From contig CAWJPJ010000006.1 of the NCBI GenBank assembly GCA_963844715.1, positions 1,184,001 through 1,248,000 of the forward strand: a stretch of DNA of 64,000 bases, given 5' to 3'. Below, piece by piece: positions 57,401 through 64,000 of the stretch. Source of the stretch: an uncultured Phycisphaerales bacterium. Its GTDB lineage: Bacteria; Planctomycetota; Phycisphaerae; Tepidisphaerales; Tepidisphaeraceae. Made by a program: the position numbers and the translations under genes. The notes below the pieces were generated by a model. The model made no database searches. It saw only the letters and a list, made by a program, of their open reading frames with translations, and had not been told where the DNA came from. Each line of letters begins with the position of its first letter. Positions within the stretch are counted from its first letter, which is position 1.

Positions 57401-57508
57401 ATGAATACGAAAACAGTTTTGGAAGTCGTCGGAATCGCCGTGGTTGCCGTATTGGCCGCCGCAATGGTGCCCTCGCTCATTCGCTACATCAAGATGACCC
57501 TGATGTAA
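57401..57508 (+). CDS. 35-aa membrane peptide, DUF6893-like
   Basis: RBS aaggag; MNTKTVLEVVGIAVVAVLAAAMVPSLIRYIKMTLM*. Confidence 0.72.
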   Translation: MNTKTVLEVVGIAVVAVLAAAMVPSLIRYIKMTLM

Positions 57509-57667
57509 AAAAGACCAGGCGCGATTCGCACTTTGCCAGGCGATTGCCGTTGCGGCGCACGTTCTTTCTTCCCCAACGCACCACGCCGCAGCGCTCGCCT
57601 CAGGCATTCGGCCGCCGCACTCGGCCCCCGCACTCGCCCTGGCCCAAATCGCGACGGAGACCCTCCC

Positions 57668-58108
57668 ATGAACACGCGCCGCCGCATCGCGCCGATCTAT
57701 TTTCCGCTCGTGTTCCTGAATTTGGCCGCTTGGGCCTGGTCCCTCGCCGCGTCCCATCACGTCCCCGCATTGCTTACAATAGCCTTCCTCGCTTGTCTTG
57801 CCTGGGCGATGCTGAACCCCCTCCGCAAGCTCCGTTTTAACATGACGATCGCTTTCGTCTCCCTAACCCTCGCCCTCGCCGCAGCCGCAATCGAATCCCC
57901 AGCCGTCATCCCATCCCACCTCAACTCAACCGCCTCATTCCACCGGCTGATCGACGCCCTAAACGATCATCTCAGCACCATCGGCCTCGTGATCGTATCC
58001 CTATTCGCCATCACCTGGACCCTCACGGCCATCCTCTACCGAATCAAATGGTACGCCCGCCTCGAACTAGACGATTCCAGGATGTACCCCCCGGAAGCCG
58101 AGGCCTAA
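57668..58108 (+). pseudogene. Internally deleted HoxN/NiCoT nickel permease
   Basis: HoxN-like N-terminus (LNLAAWAWSLAASHHVPALL) joined to a HoxN-like C-terminus (WAMLNPLRKLRFNMTI...ALNDHL..IG); no RHAxDADH motif. Confidence 0.65.
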
Positions 58109-58181
58109 CGACCGACGAAACGCCCCTCTACTATCGATTTTCGACTATCCACCCTCTCCGGAATCGCCCCCTCCGCCATTC

Positions 58182-58396
58182 TGTCATTAAGTCATTGACC
58201 TGGCCTGGTCGCCGCGGCGACTCATTTATCACCAGTCATTCGTCATTCCGCCCCCATCCCCCTCCTCACTAGCAACTTACGACCATCCACGCATTTCCAC
58301 TGGCAACTGGCAACTAGTCGAAGAGCCGCCGTGGTGGCCAACCAGCAACCATCCCCGCATTTCCACTGGCAACTGGCAACTAACAACTGGCAACTA
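58182..58396. repeat. Cluster of repeat arms (gtcatt, ggcaact) including the right 40-bp arm at 58309-58348
   Basis: cactggcaactggcaactagtcgaagagccgccgtggtggccaaccagcaa; gcatttccactggcaactggcaacta occurs twice. Confidence 0.85.
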
Positions 58397-58519
58397 TTCC
58401 CACATTTGCACCTACTTTCCACCGCCCCAAAAATCCGATAACATACCGTCCTTACTTATAGTGACGGATCGATCAGCGGCCGACTACCGCTGCCTGCCCG
58501 GCACGGAGGCCTCCGTCCC

Positions 58520-59523
58520 ATGTCAACTCTCAATGCGTCAAAAAGTCCCACACTCGCCCCTCCTCTAGCCGACGAATCCCTCTATTGGGCCGCCGTGCGC
58601 CCGCGCAAAATTGTCATGCGCAAAATGCTCGCCGGCCTTTTCTGGCGAGCCCTCAATCCCATCCATCTCCTAAAAGCCGCGCACCTCCACTGCAATCGCA
58701 AGGCCAACCGCCACGCCTTCGTCGACGCTCAACTCGCCCTCGTCACCAAAATTCTCCCCAGCGATTTTCTTCACTACGGCTACTTCGACGACCCCGACCT
58801 CATCCCCGAGGAAATGAAACTCGCCGACATCTCGCGCGCCCAGCTCCGCTACGCCGAACTCCTCATCGACCAGATGACCAACCCCAACGATCCTGTCCTC
58901 GACGTCGGCTGCGGCATGGGCGGAATCTCCCGCCTGCTCCACAAACGTGGCTTCACCCCCACCGCACTCACCCCCGACCGCGTCCAGGCCGCTCACATCG
59001 CCGCCACGCACCCCGGCGTCCCCCTCGTTCGCTGCAAACTCGAGCGCCTCCCCGTCGCCGACCACGCCCAAAATATGGCACCGTCCTCACCTCCGAATCC
59101 TTACAATATTTGCGGCTCGACAAATCCCTCCCCATCATCGACGCCATCCTAAAACCCGGCGGCCGCTGGATCGCCGCCGATTATTTCCAGCGCCACGCCA
59201 GCGACGACAACACCTGCCACAACTGGGAAGAATTTCAAACCCTCCTCCCCCGCCACGGCTGGCGAATCGCCCACCAACGCGACATCTCCAAAAACGTCCT
59301 CCCCATGCTCGCCTACGTGAACATGTGGTCCAACCGAGCCTTCCGCCCCGCGGCACACATGACCCAACTCCGCCTCCAACGCAAACAACCCGGCCTGCAT
59401 TATCTACTCGAAGGCGTCATTACCTATCTGAACGATTTCCTGGACAATAACCTGGACCGCGTAGACCCGGCTTGGTTCCTACGACACAGGCTGTATATGA
59501 TGTTAGTCATAGAACGCGCCTGA
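58520..59523 (+). CDS. SAM-dependent methyltransferase (sterol/tocopherol MT-like; frameshift near 59070)
   Basis: FLHYGYF, VLDVGCGMGG, ESLQY, LKPGGRW. Confidence 0.85.
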
Positions 59524-59797
59524 AGACCCCCGCATCGTCTACTCTCTACTTGCTACCCTCGACTTTCTCGCGCAGCTCCGTATGACGGTAGTGATTGAGC
59601 GAGCCTGAAAACCCCCAGGATCGACGACGCCCCCTTGCGAGCGTCGCGAATCGAACCGCCGGGCGTGACGCACTCAACCGTGCCCCAATTTATAGAAGGG
59701 CCTGCGTTGCGGCTAGACGGGCTGGCCGCAACCTCGCGTTCGAGAACACTCTTCCGTATAATTTGATTGTACTTGCCTTAACTTAAGGACCCTTCCA

Positions 59798-60940
59798 ATG
59801 AGTAATCCGTCGCGGCGGGAACGCACCCAACTTCGGCGACTAATCGAAGATTCATTGCGGCGACAGGGCTTTAAGGTCCGAGACGACCAAATCGTCGTTT
59901 CAAAAAGAGCGGGCAAGCGCAAACTCCGTAGCCTACACCACCTTTCCGTGCAACACCGCGTCGACGATGCGCGGTGCCGGCTCGGGCGCTATGAAAGCGA
60001 CCTGATTCAGCGCATCGCGTCGGGGTCTGAGGTGCAACCAGATCGGATATCCCCGAGACTCGTAGAAGTACTCCCGGAATCGGAGAACGAACTTCTTTTT
60101 CGTTTTGCCAGCCTGCATTGGAGCATTCCCACGTCATCCGGTTATGGTCGAAGACTACGCTTCCTTGTCGAAGACGCGAGCAATGGAAAATTGATAGGGC
60201 TTTTCGGCCTTTGCGATCCAGTCTTCAGTGTCGCAGCGCGCGATGCGTGGGTCGGTTGGGATTTACAGACGCGCAAAGCGCGATTACGCAACGTGATGGA
60301 GGCCTTTATTCTGGGGGCGGTCCCGCCGTATTCGATGCTCCTTGCGGGGAAGCTTATCGCCATGCTGTGTTGCAGCGAGGAAGTGCGACAGGCGTTTCGC
60401 CGCAAATACAGCCGTGGTGAATCTCTGATCGCGAATGGCGCCGCGGACGGCCGATTAGCGATGCTCGCCACGACCTCTGCACTCGGCCGCTCATCCGTAT
60501 ACAACCGCGTTAGGTTCGGTGAACGGCTTTTGATGGTTCCCGTGGGATACACCAGCGGGTGGGGTGAGTTCCAGTTCACCGACGGAGCTTACTCGCGGCT
60601 GCGCGAATACGCCGAGGATTACTGTGATAAAACAGCGAAGCACAAATCATGGGGCACGGGTTTTCGCAATCGACGCGAGGTCGTCCGCCGCGTTCTGGCA
60701 CATGTTGGGCTTTCGACGCAGTTGATGAACCACGGAATCCGCCGCCAATTGTTCGTGATGCCGCTTGCGAAGAACACCCGAGAGTTTCTGCGAGGCGATC
60801 AAACACGTCTGCACTGGTATTGCCAATCGGCCGAGGACCTGTCAGCGTATTTCTTGCAGCGATGGCTACTTCCTCGCGCGGCCCGAAATGCGGAATATTT
60901 AAATTACTCTAATGAGTCGTTTCGGCTGTGGCCGGAATGA
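59798..60940 (+). CDS. DUF4338 / Druantia DruA-like protein
   Basis: WSIPTSSGYGRRLRFLV, ARDAWVGW, GAVPPYSMLLAGKLIAML, TTSALGRSSVYNR. Confidence 0.8.
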   Translation: MSNPSRRERTQLRRLIEDSLRRQGFKVRDDQIVVSKRAGKRKLRSLHHLSVQHRVDDARCRLGRYESDLIQRIASGSEVQPDRISPRLVEVLPESENELLFRFASLHWSIPTSSGYGRRLRFLVEDASNGKLIGLFGLCDPVFSVAARDAWVGWDLQTRKARLRNVMEAFILGAVPPYSMLLAGKLIAMLCCSEEVRQAFRRKYSRGESLIANGAADGRLAMLATTSALGRSSVYNRVRFGERLLMVPVGYTSGWGEFQFTDGAYSRLREYAEDYCDKTAKHKSWGTGFRNRREVVRRVLAHVGLSTQLMNHGIRRQLFVMPLAKNTREFLRGDQTRLHWYCQSAEDLSAYFLQRWLLPRAARNAEYLNYSNESFRLWPE

Positions 60941-60955
60941 CATGAAAGTTACGCC

Positions 60956-62070
60956 TTGGAAGCATTTGCCGATCTCCCCGATGCGCTGGTACAAGACCTT
61001 TTGGCGAAGGCTATGCCGGTAGCGGAGGGAGTTAACCGGAATCTCCGATTACTTAAAGAGGCGAAAGCCCCCTTACGTGCCGAGGCTGAGCGGCGCGGCT
61101 GGATAAGGCGAAAAGCCGACCTCGACGTTCCGCGTGAGCCATCTGTAGTCGGAATCGACGGCTCGTATCAGGTCCACCGCCTCACCGCACTCGACTTGTG
61201 CGCGGCCGCGTCGGTCGCGGTCGAAGGAACCTCGAAGGAGGTCGCCATTGGGAGAAGCCGCACCATCGAATGTGGGTCGAATGCCTCGAACACAGCAAGA
61301 ACGTAACCAATACGCTACGCGGCCTAATGATTTCGATGGAACTCGACGTGGCCGCAAAATCACCACACGACCTGGTTCTTTTGGACGGCTCGTTCATTAT
61401 TCTCCTTATCTACCTCAATCAAGGGCTAACGAGCGAGATGGAAGCTCCAAAGGTACTCCGAGATGAATTCCGAAGCCGGTGGCATGAGGAGAATGTGCTC
61501 GATCGATTTGTGACGCTGCTGGGCAGCGATCGCACCGTCGCAGTTCCCAAGTATTCCGGCCGAAATGAGTTGTCCGGTCTGCTCCAACGCAATCTGCCGG
61601 AGACCGACGGCAAGACGTTGGCGACCCTGATTCTTATGCCCGGCGAGTACACGGCACCGATGGAAATTTATCACTTTGGAAGCGAAGATCAGGAGTACCA
61701 CTTACCAAGGGGCAGTTGTCCGGAGGCGACTCAGACAATCATTAATCAGCAGCTCGCGGACATGCGCGTTGTATTTTTCCGGCCGTTCGGCTGGGCGCCC
61801 GCCGTGCGCCTGGAACTCCCGAAACCAATCGCCACGTCACTGCCGCGCTTATCTCTGGCGCTGCATGGTATTGAGAGACAGTTCTTCAGCCCTGCCGTAA
61901 TTGAGCCTTACCCGTTGTTTCTCGCGGATCGAATGGTCAAGAGTTTGGGCGCTGGTGTGTCGGTGATAGAACAAACCGTCGCCCAGCATGTCGCCGGCGA
62001 ATCCGTCGACGTTGAGACGACATTATTGTGTCTTCAAAACTACCGCACGGAAGGCGGGCGTGGAGGCTAG
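60956..62070 (+). CDS. NurA-family nuclease (frameshift near 61242)
   Basis: VVGIDGS, LVLLDGS, EPYPLFLADRMVK. Confidence 0.8.
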
Positions 62071-62076
62071 TCATCT

Positions 62077-63376
62077 ATGAGTGGGGAACACGATAAAGAC
62101 GTTGCTGTAATTGGCAGTCCGTCAAGCAATACCGAGTTGACTCTCGATTTGTTACTGGAAGCGACCGAGGAGCGGATAGTCGGTGTCGCTTACTGCGTTT
62201 CGCGCTAGTCAGAACGGGACACCCATCGTCTCCGTGGGTCAGGTCGTGGGAATCGAACTTCGAAACCGGTGGCACGAAGATTCTGTTTTTCGGAATCTCG
62301 TAAAGCGAACGGGAGAAATACCACCCATCACAAATCGACAGGATACGCGGATCGCCGACCTCGTCGTCGGGGCAACATTCCGTAAGGAAAGCGGGGGCTA
62401 CGCGCCGGAAGTTCTCGGGATGGTCCCGCCCACCGGCACCCGCGTCTTTCGGGTAGATCAACCCCTGTTGGATAGCATGCTGTCAGCGTACCAGCAGGAG
62501 ATTGTTTATTTGGGGCGGGCATACGCGAACGACATACTCTATCCGATGTGGTTCAAGCACTTTGGCAGCGGACCGGGGGGCGCGGGTGAAGCGTACCATA
62601 TCGGCGTCTTCGGAAAGACCGGTTCAGGAAAGTCCGGCTTGGCCAAAATGATGCTTTGCGCGTATGCGCAACACCCTCAGATGGGGGTTCTCATTATCGA
62701 TCCTCAGGGTGAGTTCTCGGACGAACTTCGCGGCCAGCGCCGTGGACACCAGGGTCTTGCCGTAGATCAAGTGGTCTTGGCAATGGGCCGCAAGATACAG
62801 CACTACCGCATCGTCGACTTGCAACTCGATACTTGGGACTTGTTCCAAGACCTAATAAGCGCGCGACGCTTTGTCCAAGACCGCCTCGACGTTCGAGGAG
62901 CCGAGAATGTGCCCTTAGCCGCGGAATATATGCGCGAGGGTCTTGAACGCTCGGGTACTAAGCTGACTGAATTGGGGAGCGAAGAGGCTTTCCGCACGGC
63001 ACTGAATAGCGTAAAAGAGCGAGCGAATAGGATCTACACGGGGGCGGCACGCGCGGCGCAACTGCAGGAACGTGTCGATTCCATTCTTGGAGCGGAATTT
63101 GAGATGACGTTCCGTGACGGTTGGTCGCCCATAGCCAATTTATTTCGGGCAGGGCAAGGGCGCAGGACGCTGTATGGAATCGTTGGGGATTTGATTCAAA
63201 GCGAAGGATCAGGCGCCGCCCGTCCCGTAGTTGTGATTGATATATCTGAGGAAGGAAATCCCAACCTTTGGGCCGAGGAAATTGAGCTCAGGGTTATGGC
63301 GAGACTGCTGAATGTCCTCGTTGTTCAAGCAGCACACCGATCAAGGCGATTCGAACCAGGGACCAAGGGTTTATGA
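62077..63376 (+). CDS. HerA-like ATPase, C-terminally truncated (indel near 62185)
   Basis: HAS-like start VIGSPSSN; HIGVFGKTGSGKS; IIDPQGEF; lacks the C-terminal Walker B (xEAH) and R-finger (GRKxG) region. Confidence 0.82.
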
Positions 63377-63384
63377 GACCCCTG
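63348..63384 (-). tRNA. tRNA(CAT; Met/Ile2) fragment, att-site-like scar, not a complete gene
   Basis: Minus strand: CAGGGGT-CTCATAA-ACCCT-TGGTC-CCTGG-TTCGAATC, i.e. anticodon arm, variable loop and the 5' T-stem with T-loop. Confidence 0.8.
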
Positions 63385-63579
63385 AACGCTATTCACAACA
63401 ATATGGAGAAACAACAACTTGCACGGAGCCCCGGAGATTGCTTGTCACCTGACTTGTCACTGATTCTGCGAAAACACCCCGAACTGGCTGGATTCATTCA
63501 GGCATGGCCGAAATTGTCTGAGGTGGTCCGAGTGGGCATTTTGGCAATGGTGAACGCGTCGAAGGTCGGATGTTCATAG
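63373..63579 (+). mobile_element. Small ORF resembling those at the ends of planctomycete integrative elements
   Basis: PELAGFIQAWPKLSEVVRVGILAMV directly after the tRNA fragment; family association recalled, not searched. Confidence 0.5.
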
Positions 63580-63661
63580 CCGGCCGCCGGAAATGCAGAA
63601 GATTCACCTGGAGACAATTTTGTCGGGTCGGGGCTACGTGTTGACATTTCGCAAGGCAAAA

Positions 63662-63898
63662 TTACTTGCCGTCGCCGGGAAACAATCGGAGATGCCGTCC
63701 GGGATTTCGTGAGCAGGCTGAATCTTGGGACGGCGTCGAGCGGGCGGCGCACTTTCCATGCAGCGGACAACCTCGCGCACAGCAGGAGCCCAATCGACTC
63801 TTGCGGCCAAAGAACACGCCGATGCCTTGCCAGGCGACATAAACAGCGCACGCCAAGATGGCGAATGCCACGAGCAGGTTTTGCAGCCAAATCGGCAT
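63662..63898 (-). CDS. FeoB-associated Cys-rich membrane protein
   Basis: TM helix, then GSCCARGC; lies directly downstream of feoB. Confidence 0.7.
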   Translation of the reverse strand: MPIWLQNLLVAFAILACAVYVAWQGIGVFFGRKSRLGSCCARGCPLHGKCAARSTPSQDSACSRNPGRHLRLFPGDGK

Positions 63899-63905
63899 GT
63901 GAACC

Positions 63906-64000
63906 TTAAGCAATGCACTGGCTCATTTGGAAAATGAACAAGCAAACGACATACGCCAGCGCATTCATGTAAATCAGCATAAAGATTGGCCAGCCCCAGC
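63906..64000 (-). CDS. feoB: Ferrous iron transporter FeoB, C-terminal end
   Basis: Manual translation: WGWPIFMLIYMNALAYVVCLFIFQMSQCIA*. Confidence 0.75.
   Translation of the reverse strand, partial: WGWPIFMLIYMNALAYVVCLFIFQMSQCIA

Noticed and set aside
59648..59657. gaatcgaacc as a left att site (antisense T-loop)
   Set aside because: Only about 10 nt, with no paired T-stem and no extended match to the 63348 fragment.
60938..60956. TGA readthrough fusing the DruA-like protein to NurA (same frame)
   Set aside because: No SECIS-like hairpin is evident; an ATGA-type overlap with an indel or a TTG start is simpler.
63348..63384. Intact tRNA gene
   Set aside because: No D-arm or acceptor stem and the 3' T-stem is missing; kept only as a fragment.

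Overview
High-GC bacterial window, most likely Planctomycetota (Phycisphaerae/Tepidisphaerales-like; inferred from the RpoA N-terminus MRIRWRGLELP and the oversized pseudopilins). Many single-base indels break even essential genes (rpoA, dapB, mdh), so this is probably an unpolished long-read assembly. In order, the window holds: (1) 1-30 kb, housekeeping genes: tilS, clpX, mdh, MATE, pdxH, tandem class I and class II FBP aldolases, lpxD, xylB, KdoO-like hydroxylase, GT2, rpmJ-rpsM-rpsK-rpoA-rplQ, dapB, thrC and a polyprenyl synthase, with small toxin-antitoxin-like islets; (2) 30.2-42.8 kb, a six-gene pseudopilin/type IV pilin operon in which five leader peptides are encoded in frame by the same 7-9 bp tandem/palindromic repeats that occupy intergenic regions; (3) 43-58 kb, a group 1h (high-affinity) [NiFe]-hydrogenase cluster with FNT and YceI accessory genes and an internally deleted HoxN, bracketed by a 40-bp imperfect inverted repeat; (4) 59.8-63.6 kb, a DruA(DUF4338)-like + NurA + HerA candidate defence operon whose herA runs into a tRNA(CAT) fragment that looks like an att scar; (5) the 3' end of feoB. 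All family assignments come from motif recognition, not database searches.
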